Of a stretch of DNA of 64,000 nt, positions 44,388-53,852 are shown one piece after another. Position numbers and translations under genes: made by a program. Below the pieces are notes generated by a model. The model searched no databases, had not been told where the DNA came from, and saw nothing but the letters and a program-made list of their open reading frames with translations. Origin of the DNA: an uncultured Acidimicrobiaceae bacterium (GTDB lineage Bacteria > Actinomycetota > Acidimicrobiia > Acidimicrobiales > RAAP-2); contig CAWCCM010000001.1 in NCBI GenBank assembly GCA_963794145.1, positions 62,910 to 126,909 on the forward strand, written 5' to 3'. Positions within the stretch are counted from its first letter, which is position 1. Each line of letters opens with the position of its first letter.

Positions 44388-45783
44388 TCGCGGTCTCCGG
44401 CGCGGCCGCTCGTCGGATCGTCGTCGCAGCCGCGCCGCGCCGCGCGGCTGCACACGGTGAGCTCGTCCACCAACCGGTCCGCCTCCTCGACCGTCCGGTC
44501 CCTGAACTCGCCCCGGGTCCGGTGGCCCGCCACGTCGACGTGCACGGTGGCCAGGCCCAGCGGTCGCTGCAGCGGACCCTGCACGCGCCGGACGCTCTGG
44601 GTCTTCTCCAAGGGGACCCAGGTCGTGGTGCGGTTGAGCCGTCCGGTGACGCACATGGCGTGCGATCCGTCGTGGCCGGCCGAGAGGAAATGGAAGCTCA
44701 GCGGCGCCTTCCAGCGTGCCCGGCGGGGCGGTGTCGTGCGGACCGGGTCCGGGGCACCGAACAGGCGGTCGAGCAGGTGCAGAGCGTCGCCGGCCGAGCC
44801 CACGGGGAGGAGGGCCTTGCGTACCACGCTGGTGCCCTCACCGCGCTGGTTGCGCGCCGTGGCACCCGCCACGTCGACCTCGAGCCGGCACCAGCCGAAG
44901 GGGCGCCAGAGCAGCGGCTGGACCCGGCGTACCGCCTGGATCCTCCCGTAGGGGACGGTCTCGGAGATGGTCTGGAGCAGGCCCCGGCTGATGCGGACCC
45001 CTTCGGGCCCCTCGACGGCGACAAAGCCGTACTGCCCCGACAAGCGCCGCCAGACGATGCCGGCGAAGCTGAGCATGTAGACGGCGAGGAAGCCCGCCAC
45101 CGTGCCCGCGGTCCGGGGCTCGAACTGGTCCAGGGTGCCCAGTGCGGCCACGGTGGTGACGAGGACGAGGCTGACCAGTGACAGCAGCACCGAGCCGATC
45201 AGACGGCCGGGAGTCACCATCGCCATCGGCAGCCGGCCGTCCGCCCCGCTGAGGGCTTCGAGGTCGTGGCGCCCGGCCAACAGGTGGAGCCGCAGCTCCG
45301 ACGCCTGCGCTGCCGTGAGGTAGGCCAGACGGCCGTCGGTCGACCCGGACCCCGCCAGGCGCACGCGCAGTTCCGAGACGCCGAGGAGTCGCGCCAGCAG
45401 CGGCCGCACGATGTCGACGGCCTGGATGCGCGCCAACGGCAGACGCCGCGAGTCCTTGCGGATGAGGCCGGTCTCGATTCGCAGCGTGTCCACCTCGAGG
45501 CGCCGAGCGCGTCACCATCCAGTGGATGTACCCGTAGAGCGCCGAGCCCAACGTGATGACGACGAGGTAGTCGGTCTCCGCCGTCTGGTTCTCCGCCTTC
45601 GAGTGCACCGTGGAGATGAGCAGCAGGAACACGAGTGCCGGGGCCAGGCGGCCGATCCGTGCCAGCGGGGTCATGGGGTGGAGCCGCTGCCATCCCCCGG
45701 GCGCCGCGCCGGCGTCGCCATTCGGAGGCGCGCGGTCCCCGGCGACGCCGTCGGGCGCCCACTCCGACGGCGTGCCGGTCACA
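44354..45783 (-). pseudogene. YdbT-like membrane protein with three bacterial PH (bPH_2) domains and one frameshift near 45500.
   Basis: The N-terminus (VTGTPSEW...WQRLHPMTPLARIGRLAPALVFLLLIS...YGYIHWMVTR) lies in the frame of ORF 44838..46337. The rest (LEVDTLRIETGLIRKDSRRLPLARIQAVDIV...) is ORF 44354..45493. The GTG start overlaps the ydbS-like stop as GTGA. Confidence 0.75.
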
Positions 45784-46309
45784 TGCCCGCCGCCATGGAC
45801 TCGCCCAGCTCGGTCAGGCGGTCCCGGAGCCGCGCCGCCTCGGCGGTCTCCAGGCCGGGGATGCGGGCGTCGCTGGCGGCGGCCGCCGTGTGCAGCTTGA
45901 CCGTGGAGAGGTGGAAGAGGCGCTCCACCGGCCCCGCCGTGACCTCGACGAATTGCATGCGGCCGTAGGGGACCACCGAGAGCCTGCGCACCATGACGCC
46001 GCGGGCGACGATGAGGTCCTCGTGGCGCTCCTGGTAGCGCCACGCACCGAAACGCCGGCGGAGGAACCACGACGACGTCGCGCCGAGCGCCGCGACGCTG
46101 AGGAAGGAGATCAGCCCGGCGAGTGGCCCGAGCGCGCCCAGGAAGAGCAGGCCGATCAGGAGGCCCAGCGCGGTCGTGACGACGGCCACCTCGGACCGGC
46201 GCATCCGCCACAGCCGCGGTGAGGGGCGCAGCCACCCCGCGTCGTCGGACCCGTGCACCGAGGACAATTCGACAGTTCCGTGGCGGCTCCGCAGGCCCCG
46301 GCGCACCAA
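45779..46309 (-). CDS. YdbS-like membrane protein with a single bPH_2 domain.
   Basis: Two TM helices are followed by WRYQERHEDLIVARGVMVRRLSVVPYGRMQFVEVTAGPVERLFHLSTVKLHTA. The start is uncertain. Confidence 0.75.
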   Translation of the reverse strand: MVRRGLRSRHGTVELSSVHGSDDAGWLRPSPRLWRMRRSEVAVVTTALGLLIGLLFLGALGPLAGLISFLSVAALGATSSWFLRRRFGAWRYQERHEDLIVARGVMVRRLSVVPYGRMQFVEVTAGPVERLFHLSTVKLHTAAAASDARIPGLETAEAARLRDRLTELGESMAAGM

Positions 46310-46367
46310 GTTGTGGCCGAGTTGTGCCGTGGTTCACCCGATGCCAGCACGCCGGGGCCGCCGGACG

Positions 46368-47081
46368 TCAGTAGAGCGGTGACCAGGCGGCGCTCCGGAG
46401 GATCCGGCTCTCCCAGCGGTCGCGCACGGCCAGGGCGTCGTGCATCCAGGTGCCCGGCGCCGTGGCGGCCGACGGCAGGTCGTTGGCCAGGAGCCACAGC
46501 AGCGCCTTGTGGTTCACGATCCGCTGCCACAGCACGACCTCGGTGGTGCGGTGCGAGCCGAAGACGGGCTGGAAGGCGGCCTCGAGGTCGAGGATCCCGG
46601 TGCCCTCGGCGCGCTGGGCCCGCAGCGTGTCGTCGGCGTACAGGGTGCCCGCCTTGGCCAGGTAGGCGCCGAGCCCACCGGGGTAGGGCCACGCCGTGTC
46701 CTCCATGAAGAGGGTGTTCTCGTGCGTGGCGCCGTCGGTGGGGACCGAGGCCAGGTCGAGCTCCTGTAGCGGCGACCAGGGGACGGCGGTGAGGATCTTG
46801 GCCTCGTGCGCGTGGCGCATGGCGTCGACCTCCGCCCACCAGTCGGCCAGGTCGCCCACGCGGATCCTCTCGGCCAGGTCGTGCCATGCCGGCGCGTCGC
46901 GGCACCCGGTGACCGTGACCACGGTGTACGCCGGGCCGCTGCCGTGGGCCACCCGCAGGAACCACAGCAGGCGGCTCCCGCCGGACCCGGCCAGCGCCGG
47001 AATGAGCCGGTCCCGGTAGGCGGCGTCGAACGCCTCCTCCTTGGCGCCGGCGACGGTGTGGACCTCGTGGAGGAAGAGCAT
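46368..47081 (-). CDS. Hypothetical protein, possibly a tandem NIPSNAP-like/dimeric alpha-beta-barrel protein.
   Basis: A 237-aa ORF with coding-like composition. It begins MLFLHEVHTVAGAKEEAFDAAY, which resembles a NIPSNAP N-terminus. The function is not established. Confidence 0.6.
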   Translation of the reverse strand: MLFLHEVHTVAGAKEEAFDAAYRDRLIPALAGSGGSRLLWFLRVAHGSGPAYTVVTVTGCRDAPAWHDLAERIRVGDLADWWAEVDAMRHAHEAKILTAVPWSPLQELDLASVPTDGATHENTLFMEDTAWPYPGGLGAYLAKAGTLYADDTLRAQRAEGTGILDLEAAFQPVFGSHRTTEVVLWQRIVNHKALLWLLANDLPSAATAPGTWMHDALAVRDRWESRILRSAAWSPLY

Positions 47082-47083
47082 GT

Positions 47084-47857
47084 CGAGCGCGTGGTGGCGA
47101 TGCCGCCGTCGACGGGGATCACGGCGCCGGTCAGGTAGGCCCCGGCGCGCGAGGAGAGGTAGATGGCCGCACCGGCCATGTCGTCAGGGCGGCCGATGCG
47201 CTTCAGCGGGGCGCTCGCCGCGATCTGCTCGCCGAAGGCCTCGAGCGTGGCGGCCATCATCTTGGACTCGAAGGGACCCGGGGCGATGGCGTTCACCGTG
47301 ATCTCCGGCGCCAGCCGCTTGGCCAGGTGGCGGGTCAACTGGTGCACCGCGGCCTTCGAGGCCGAGTACGAATAGGTCTCGAGCGCCGGCACGCCGATCC
47401 CGTCGATGGAGCCGATGTTGATCACCCGGGCCGGGTCCTCCTGGGTTCCCGCCTTGCGAAGCAGGGGCACCAGGAACTTGGTCAGGTGGAAGACGCCCTT
47501 CACGTTGAGGGCGAGCACGCGCTCGAACGCGGCCTCGTCGAACTCCTCGAGGGGCGCGCCCCAGGTGGCGCCGGCGTTGTTGACCAGGATGTCGAGGGAG
47601 CCGACCCGACCCGCCAGCTCCTCGGCCAGACCGCGGCACCCGTCCTCGGTGGCCAAGTTGGCCGGCAGCGCCGCACAGGTCCCGTTGGCCGAGAGCGCGG
47701 CGGCGACCTCGTCGCAGGCGTCGGCCTTGCGCGACGAGATGTAGACGGCGGCGCCGGCGTCGACGAGCCCCTCGGCGATCATCCGGCCGATGCCGCGGGT
47801 CCCCCCGGTCACCAGCGCCGTCTTGCCCTCGACGGAGAAGAGGTCCGGGCCGCGCAC
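47084..47857 (-). CDS. Short-chain dehydrogenase/reductase (3-oxoacyl-ACP-reductase/RhlG-like). The 3' end is undefined because there is no in-frame stop before 46514.
   Basis: The GTG at 47857 gives MRGPDLFSVEGKTALVTGGTRGIG, NNAG, YSASKAAV and IPVDGGIATT. The frame is part of ORF 46514..49351. Confidence 0.75.
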
Positions 47858-47901
47858 GGCGCCATTCTGCCCGAAGCCGCCCGGCGGTGCCGGACCGGGC
47901 C

Positions 47902-48972
47902 TCAGGCCTGGCGCGCCGACATGGTGACGAAGTCGCGGGCCCACGCGGGCTCGAAGAAGGTGGCCGGCCCCTGGACACTGGCCGGGCGGAGGCTGGTCCC
48001 GTTGGCCGGGGAGGCCGGCGTCCCCGGTGCGGGGTCGTAGGTGACGAAGGCGGGCCAGTTCGGGTTGATGTCCAGCTCCATGCCGCGCACGACCCCCGCC
48101 GCCATCAGCACGGCGGCCAGCTGCGCGGGGTTGAGCGCGGGCCCGGCGGCGTAGACCAGGGCGCCGAGCGCGGTGACGCCGACGCCCGAGCGCCATTGGT
48201 ACTCGACCCCGGGCACCGAGGGGGCGCACGACGCGGCGCCGCACGTGTTGCCCCAGGCCTGCCAGGGACCGGTCGCCTGCTCGGTCGGCCGGCCGCCCTC
48301 CACCAGGGGCACCAGGTTCTGACGGACGGCCACCACCCCCGGGGTCATGGTGACGTCGCTGCCCCACGCCCCGACGGTGACCGTCCCGTCGGCCTCGATC
48401 ACCAACGACGCGGCGCCGTCCACGAGGGGCACCACCGTCCTGCCCTCGGTGTAGTACCCGCCGCCGGCGTCCTTCATCAGGAAGCCGCCGTTGAAGGCGG
48501 CGACCACCGTGGCCGCCTGCGCCGGCTCGATCGGTGCCGTGAACTGGTAGGGGCCGCCTCCGGGGCTCTTGGAGCCCGAGTAGAGGAGCCCCGAGAGCAG
48601 GCGCGTGTCCATCCAGGCGATCCCGGACTCCTGGGCGCCGCCGGGCGGCACGAGCTCGGTCTCGTAGACGGAAGGAACGCCGCCGACGCTCCGCCCGGCC
48701 ACGCTCCAGCTGCCGTCGCCGGGCGGGGCGGGCGAGACGAGCGGGGTCAACGGCGTCGGGGGGGAGAGGTGCCGGGGGATCGTCGTCGTGGTGGTGGGCG
48801 GCGCCGTGGTCGTGGGCGGCGCCGTGGTCGTGGTCACCGCCGAGGTCGCCGTCCGCGGGCCGGCGGCACTCCCGCTGCGGTGCCCGGTGGCCGACCCGCC
48901 GGCGCAGGCGGGGAGGACGACGCACAGGCAGCAGCAGAGCGCGGCGCCCGCTCGCCCGCCGCGGGCGCTCAC
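47902..48972 (-). CDS. Phosphodiester-glycosidase-family (NAGPA/DUF2233-like) lipoprotein.
   Basis: The GTG at 48972 overlaps the upstream stop as GTGA. A lipobox-like VVLPAC is followed by a Thr/Pro-rich linker TTTAPPTTTAPPTTTTT that contains an 18-bp tandem duplication at 48795-48830. FNGGF and ELDINPNWP motifs are present. Confidence 0.75.
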   Translation of the reverse strand: MSARGGRAGAALCCCLCVVLPACAGGSATGHRSGSAAGPRTATSAVTTTTAPPTTTAPPTTTTTIPRHLSPPTPLTPLVSPAPPGDGSWSVAGRSVGGVPSVYETELVPPGGAQESGIAWMDTRLLSGLLYSGSKSPGGGPYQFTAPIEPAQAATVVAAFNGGFLMKDAGGGYYTEGRTVVPLVDGAASLVIEADGTVTVGAWGSDVTMTPGVVAVRQNLVPLVEGGRPTEQATGPWQAWGNTCGAASCAPSVPGVEYQWRSGVGVTALGALVYAAGPALNPAQLAAVLMAAGVVRGMELDINPNWPAFVTYDPAPGTPASPANGTSLRPASVQGPATFFEPAWARDFVTMSARQA

Positions 48973-49625
48973 TGCCCGAAGCCGGCCAGGTGCCAGGAGC
49001 CGATGTGCGGTGCGACGACGGCGGCCAGCAGGATCCCGGCGACCACGGACGCCACCAGGAGCCATTGGCGCGCGCCGGCACCCCGCACCTGCGCGCGGGT
49101 CCGGCGCGAGAAGTCGGCCGGTGCCAGCCGGCCCGTGTCGAGAAGGTGCCCGAGCACGTGGATGGCCATGGCGCCGAACCACAACACGAACGTGGCCTTG
49201 TGGAGGAAGAGCCAGGTGGACCCCTGGCTCGCCGGCAGCAGGAGCAGGGCGATGCCCGTCCCGAGCACGGCGACCGACAAGACCACGACGAAGGGTCCGA
49301 GGAGCCGCAGGATGACCGGTGGCGGGCCCTTGCGCCGGTACTCGGGGTCACCGCGGTAGTAGCGGGCGAAGCGCCACAACGTCGCGCCCGTCTTGAGCAC
49401 GACGACCGGGACGAGCACCATGCCGATCAGCACATGCGGCGTCAGCAGCCGGTGCACCTGTAGGACCGTCACCCCCTCGGCGGCCAGGAGGACCAGAAGG
49501 AGCGCCGCCGTCATGCCGGTCAACCGGGCGTTGGCGTCGGGGGAGTGCCGCCGGCCCCGGCTCCGGCTCCCGCTCGCCGCCTTGCGCCCGGTCGGGGGGA
49601 CGGGGTCCTCGTCGCGGCGGATCAC
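48969..49625 (-). CDS. Hypothetical membrane protein with 4-5 TM segments and His residues inside the helices.
   Basis: It is the tail of ORF 48969..50843: MTAALLLVLLAAEGVTVLQVHRLLTPHVLIGMVLVP...WLFLHKATFVLWFGAMAIHVLGHLL. The start is either GTG 49625 or ATG 49514. Confidence 0.65.
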   Translation of the reverse strand: MIRRDEDPVPPTGRKAASGSRSRGRRHSPDANARLTGMTAALLLVLLAAEGVTVLQVHRLLTPHVLIGMVLVPVVVLKTGATLWRFARYYRGDPEYRRKGPPPVILRLLGPFVVVLSVAVLGTGIALLLLPASQGSTWLFLHKATFVLWFGAMAIHVLGHLLDTGRLAPADFSRRTRAQVRGAGARQWLLVASVVAGILLAAVVAPHIGSWHLAGFGQ

Positions 49626-49738
49626 GCTGCGCCAGCGTACCCAGCCCCATCCGGTTCCCTGGAGCGGGGGCTCCGACCCGAGGCTGATCGCGCCTCCGTC
49701 CTGAGGCTGATCCGGTTCGACCCGGCGCCCGTGCGGCG

Positions 49739-50932
49739 CTAGGGCGCGGCGAGGGCGAGGGCGCTGTGGGCCAGGACGTTCGCCCCCACCCGCAGCGCTC
49801 CGTCCTCGACGAGGAAGGATGGGCTGTGGTGCGCCCCGCTCGACCCGTCTGCCGCCGCCCCGCCCACGAAGAAGTAGCAGCCGGGGAGGTGGTGGAGGAA
49901 CTCGCTCACGTCGTCGCTGGGCGAGGTGGGCGCGATCTGCACCACGAGGTGGCCGCCGCCCAGGACGCTCCTTGCCTCTCGCTCGACGAGGTCCGTCACC
50001 GCCGGGTCGTTCACCACGGCCGGAGTGTGGGCGGGAAGTTCCAGGTCGACCGACACCCCCTGGTCCTGCGCCACCGATGCGCACAGCGCGTGCAGGCGCT
50101 CGAGCGCCTCGGTGCGCTGGGCGTCGGTGAACGTTCGCAGCGTGCCCGTGACGACCGAGGACGTGGGCACGACGTTGACCGCCGTGCCTGCCCGCAGGGT
50201 GCCGGCGCTGCACACGCAGTCGGCCCCCTCGTAGTGCAGACCATCGACCACCTGGCCCAGCCGGCTGACGAGTTCGGCCGTGGCCCGGACGACGTCGCCC
50301 GTGGCCGAGGGCATGGCGCCGTGCCCTCCGGGGCCGTGCAGCGAGATCCGCAGCGAGTGCGCCTCGGACATGGCCGTCCCCGGGCGCAGGGCGACCATCC
50401 CGGTGGGGAGCATCGAGGCCACGTGGAAGCCGATCAGCCGCGCCCCGCGCAGGGCCTCGAGGGCACCGGCGTCGAGCATGGCCCGAGCCCCGTTGAGAGA
50501 CTCCTCGCCGGGTTGGAAGACGAACGTGTAGCGGCCGGGGAGGTCCTCGCGGCGCGACGCCAGCAGTGACGCCGTGCCCAGCAGGGCGGCGACGTGGACG
50601 TCGTGGCCGCAGGCGTGCATGACACCCTCGACCTCCGAGTGGCAGGCCCGCGACGAGTCCTCCTGCACCGGCAGCCCGTCGATGTCGCCCCGCAGCACCA
50701 CGCTGCGCCCCGGACGGCCGCCTTCCATGGTGAAGATGCCGCCCGTGTCGGTGGTCCGGACAGCCTCGTCGACGCCCAGCGCGCGCATGCGGTCCCGGAT
50801 GAGCGCCGTCGTGGCGTGCTCCTCCATGGACAATTCGGGCCACCGGTGGAGGCGGCGGCGGAGGTCGACCATGTCGTCGAAGACGCTCTCGGCCGGCGCC
50901 GGCCCGAGCAGCTCGCGTCCCTCGGTCGTCAT
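49739..50932 (-). CDS. M20D-family amidohydrolase (N-acyl-amino-acid/hippurate-hydrolase-like).
   Basis: Motifs are LHRWPELSMEE, MHACGHDVH and FVFQPGEE. The ATG at 50932 is preceded by gagggggga. Confidence 0.9.
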   Translation of the reverse strand: MTTEGRELLGPAPAESVFDDMVDLRRRLHRWPELSMEEHATTALIRDRMRALGVDEAVRTTDTGGIFTMEGGRPGRSVVLRGDIDGLPVQEDSSRACHSEVEGVMHACGHDVHVAALLGTASLLASRREDLPGRYTFVFQPGEESLNGARAMLDAGALEALRGARLIGFHVASMLPTGMVALRPGTAMSEAHSLRISLHGPGGHGAMPSATGDVVRATAELVSRLGQVVDGLHYEGADCVCSAGTLRAGTAVNVVPTSSVVTGTLRTFTDAQRTEALERLHALCASVAQDQGVSVDLELPAHTPAVVNDPAVTDLVEREARSVLGGGHLVVQIAPTSPSDDVSEFLHHLPGCYFFVGGAAADGSSGAHHSPSFLVEDGALRVGANVLAHSALALAAP

Positions 50933-50966
50933 GGGCCGCTCCCCCCTCACCGTGCCGGCCGCGCCG

Positions 50967-52190
50967 TCAGCGGGCCAGGAGGTCGCGGGCGATGTGGGTC
51001 ACCTGGATCTCGTCGGTGCCGGCATAGATCTGGAAGACCTTGGCGTCGCGCGCCAGTTGCTCCACGCGGTACTCGGCCATGTAGCCGTTGCCCCCGAAGA
51101 GCTGGACCGCCTCCATGGCCACCTCGGAGGCGGCCTGGGCCGAGTACAGCTTCATGGCCGAGGCCTCGGCCAGGGTGAGGCTCTTGCCGGCCGCGCTCAT
51201 CTCGATGTGCCGGAACACGAGGTTCTCCACGTTGAGGCGGGCTACTTCCATCTTGGCCAGCTTCAGCTGGATGAGCTGGTACTCGGAGATCGGGCGCTCC
51301 CAGAGCATCCGATCCTTGGCGTACTGGACCGAGAGCTTGATGCACTCCTCGATCAGTCCGAGCGACATGGCCGCCACGCCGGCCCGCTCGGTGACGAAGT
51401 TCCCCTTGGCGCTCTCACGGCCCTCACGGCCGCCCGGGCTGCCCTCGCTCTCGCCCAGCAGCCGGTCCCGCCCCACCCGGACGTCGGTCAGGAAGAGCTG
51501 ACCCGTAGGCGAGGAGTGCAGGCCCATCTTGCGCAGCGGCTTGGACTGCTCGAGCCCCGGCATGCCCTTGTCGAGGATGAAGGTGAGGACGGGGCGCTGG
51601 CGCGAGGGCGTCCCGCCGCCGTCGTCGAGCTTGGCGTAGAACACGACGGTGTCCGCGTAGGGGCCGTTGGTGATGAACGTCTTCTGGCCGTTCAGCACGT
51701 ACTCGTCGCCGTCGCGCACGGCCGTCGACTTCATGCCGCCCAGCGCGTCCGATCCCGAGTCGGGCTCCGTGATGGCCCAGGCGCCGATCTTGTCCAGCGT
51801 CATCAGGTCGAGGCCCCAGCGCTCCATCTGGGCGGCGGTGCCGCTCTTCATGATGGTGCCGCCGGCGAGGCCGGTGCTCACGCCCAGCGCGGTGACGATG
51901 CCGGGGCAGTAGTGGCACAGCTCGATGATCGGGATCAGCGTCATGGCGGCGTTCGAGCCTCGCTCGGCCCGCTCGGTCGCGGCGTCGTCCGAGGTCTTGC
52001 GCTCGAGGGCTCGCTTGAACGACTCGCGGGCCATCGTGTCGAGCCCGAAGGTGCGGTACAGCGAGCGGGCGACGTCGTAGGGAGGCGTGTCGCCGTGCTC
52101 GAGCTCCTCGACGTTCGGCGCCACCTCTTCCTCGACGAAGCGCCGCACGGCCTCGCGGATGGCCAGGTGCTCCTCCGACCACTCGAACAT
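50967..52190 (-). CDS. Acyl-CoA dehydrogenase.
   Basis: A 407-aa ORF with AWAITEPDSGSDA, KTFITNG and the C-terminal QIYAGTDEIQ. The RBS is gggagg. Confidence 0.95.
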   Translation of the reverse strand: MFEWSEEHLAIREAVRRFVEEEVAPNVEELEHGDTPPYDVARSLYRTFGLDTMARESFKRALERKTSDDAATERAERGSNAAMTLIPIIELCHYCPGIVTALGVSTGLAGGTIMKSGTAAQMERWGLDLMTLDKIGAWAITEPDSGSDALGGMKSTAVRDGDEYVLNGQKTFITNGPYADTVVFYAKLDDGGGTPSRQRPVLTFILDKGMPGLEQSKPLRKMGLHSSPTGQLFLTDVRVGRDRLLGESEGSPGGREGRESAKGNFVTERAGVAAMSLGLIEECIKLSVQYAKDRMLWERPISEYQLIQLKLAKMEVARLNVENLVFRHIEMSAAGKSLTLAEASAMKLYSAQAASEVAMEAVQLFGGNGYMAEYRVEQLARDAKVFQIYAGTDEIQVTHIARDLLAR

Positions 52191-52235
52191 GGCAGACCTC
52201 CCTGTCGTGCCGGCGCCGGCGGCGGCGCCGGCGAC

Positions 52236-52802
52236 CTATGCGTCCCCGATGCGCTTCAGCGTGTTGCGGTCGGTGTGGATGACCGCCTCGCTCATGCGGA
52301 CGTGCTGGATCACCGTGGTCTCCGAGTAGGTGAGCTCGTCCGCCACGCTCGTGTCGATGCTCACCTCGTAGCTGACCGACCGGGCGTTCTTGTCCAGCCA
52401 ATTGTTGGCCAGGATCCCGTAGGTCTGGCTCCCCACGTTGGCCTTGAGGCTGAAGGTGGTGGCGTCGGCCGCCACGGTCCCGCCGGCCACGATGGCCGAG
52501 CCGCGCGGGATCAGGAAGCACCGCACCACCTCGCTGTCGCGGGCGTCCCACATCCAGTAGCCCACCTCGGTGTGGAAGGGGTTCTCCTCGTCGGCCCGCC
52601 AGGCCGCCATGCGGTAGTCGAGCCCGTAGAGCACCTGGGAACCGTTCTCCACCGGCCCGAACGGCTTGAAGTCGATGTGCTCGCGGTAGGGGGTCAGGCC
52701 GATCTTCCCGGTCTCGTTGGCGTAAGCGACGTCCTCGCCCTTGTCGCCCTCCCACGCCCCGGCCAGGCGGGCCAGGGGCCCCCACTCAGGTCCTGCGCTC
52801 AC
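52236..52802 (-). CDS. Heme-binding beta-barrel (nitrobindin/THAP4-like, FABP-like) protein.
   Basis: A 188-aa ORF with LARLAGAWEGDKGEDV and YREHIDFKPFGPV. The GTG start is preceded by gaggagg. Confidence 0.7.
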   Translation of the reverse strand: MSAGPEWGPLARLAGAWEGDKGEDVAYANETGKIGLTPYREHIDFKPFGPVENGSQVLYGLDYRMAAWRADEENPFHTEVGYWMWDARDSEVVRCFLIPRGSAIVAGGTVAADATTFSLKANVGSQTYGILANNWLDKNARSVSYEVSIDTSVADELTYSETTVIQHVRMSEAVIHTDRNTLKRIGDA

Positions 52803-52865
52803 CGCTCCTCCTCGTCCTTCGATCGGTACGGCGCCACCTTAGGAGGTCCGACCGGGGTGGCCGCA

Positions 52866-53852
52866 CTAGGTGGTGGGCAGATCGTCGACGGCCGGGCCGA
52901 TGCGGGGCTCGTTCGGGCTCGCGTCGGTCCGGAACCGGCCGAAGATGCGGCGCCCCACGGCGTTGGCCGTCCGGGCGCTCTCGGAGTGGCGCTGGGTGCG
53001 CGCCACGATGAACCGGCTGGCCACGAGGAGGATCAGCACGATCACGACGAGGATCAGCGCGGCGTCGTAGGAGAGGTAGTTCTTCTGCACCGACGGATCG
53101 TTGTAGTAGGTGAAGACCACGTAGGTCAGATACGGGAACTGTGAGTGGAGGAGCGAGTGCGGCAGGGTGTTGGAGAACCCGGCCGTGTAGATCAGGGGCG
53201 CCGTCTCGCCGCAGGCGATGGCCAGCGCCAGCAGGAGGCCCGTGACGATGCCGGGCAGCGCGCTCTTCAACACCACCTTGCGCAAGCCGTACCCCGACGA
53301 CATGCCCAGCGCCTCGGCACCCTCGCGGTAGCCGGTTGGCACCTGGCGCAGCGAGTTCTCCGTCGTCTTGGCGATGTAGGGCACCACCATGATGGAGAGG
53401 ATGATCACTGCGGGCAGGTACGAGAACTTCCAGCCCAGTCCCACGACCAGGGCCACGAAGCCCACATACCCGAGGACGATGGACGGGAACCCCGAGAGGA
53501 TGTCCGAGGCGGTGCGCAGCGTGCCGCTGAGCCGTCCGCTCATCTTGCCCGACCGGGTGAACTCGGCCAGGTGGATGCCGGCCAGCACCCCGACGCCGCC
53601 GGCGAGCAGGAAGACGCCGAGCATCAGGAGCAGCGTGCCCAGGATCTGGTCGCGCAGGCCGCCGCCGGTCGGGGTGAGCTGCGTCCACAGCACGCTCCAC
53701 TGCCAGTGCGACCAGGCGCGCACGATCACGCCGAGCAGCATCCAGGCGGCCGGGGCCATGATCAGGACCAGCGCCGCGTAGGTGAGCATCCGCCACGTGG
53801 TCGTGGCGGCGCGCCGGCGCCGGGTGGCGGGACCGGCGGCCAGCGTGGCCAT
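52866..53852 (-). CDS. pstA: Phosphate ABC transporter permease PstA.
   Basis: A 328-aa ORF with the EAA region REGAEALGMSSGYGLRKVVLKSALPGIVTG. It follows pstC with a 1-nt overlap. Confidence 0.9.
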   Translation of the reverse strand: MATLAAGPATRRRRAATTTWRMLTYAALVLIMAPAAWMLLGVIVRAWSHWQWSVLWTQLTPTGGGLRDQILGTLLLMLGVFLLAGGVGVLAGIHLAEFTRSGKMSGRLSGTLRTASDILSGFPSIVLGYVGFVALVVGLGWKFSYLPAVIILSIMVVPYIAKTTENSLRQVPTGYREGAEALGMSSGYGLRKVVLKSALPGIVTGLLLALAIACGETAPLIYTAGFSNTLPHSLLHSQFPYLTYVVFTYYNDPSVQKNYLSYDAALILVVIVLILLVASRFIVARTQRHSESARTANAVGRRIFGRFRTDASPNEPRIGPAVDDLPTT

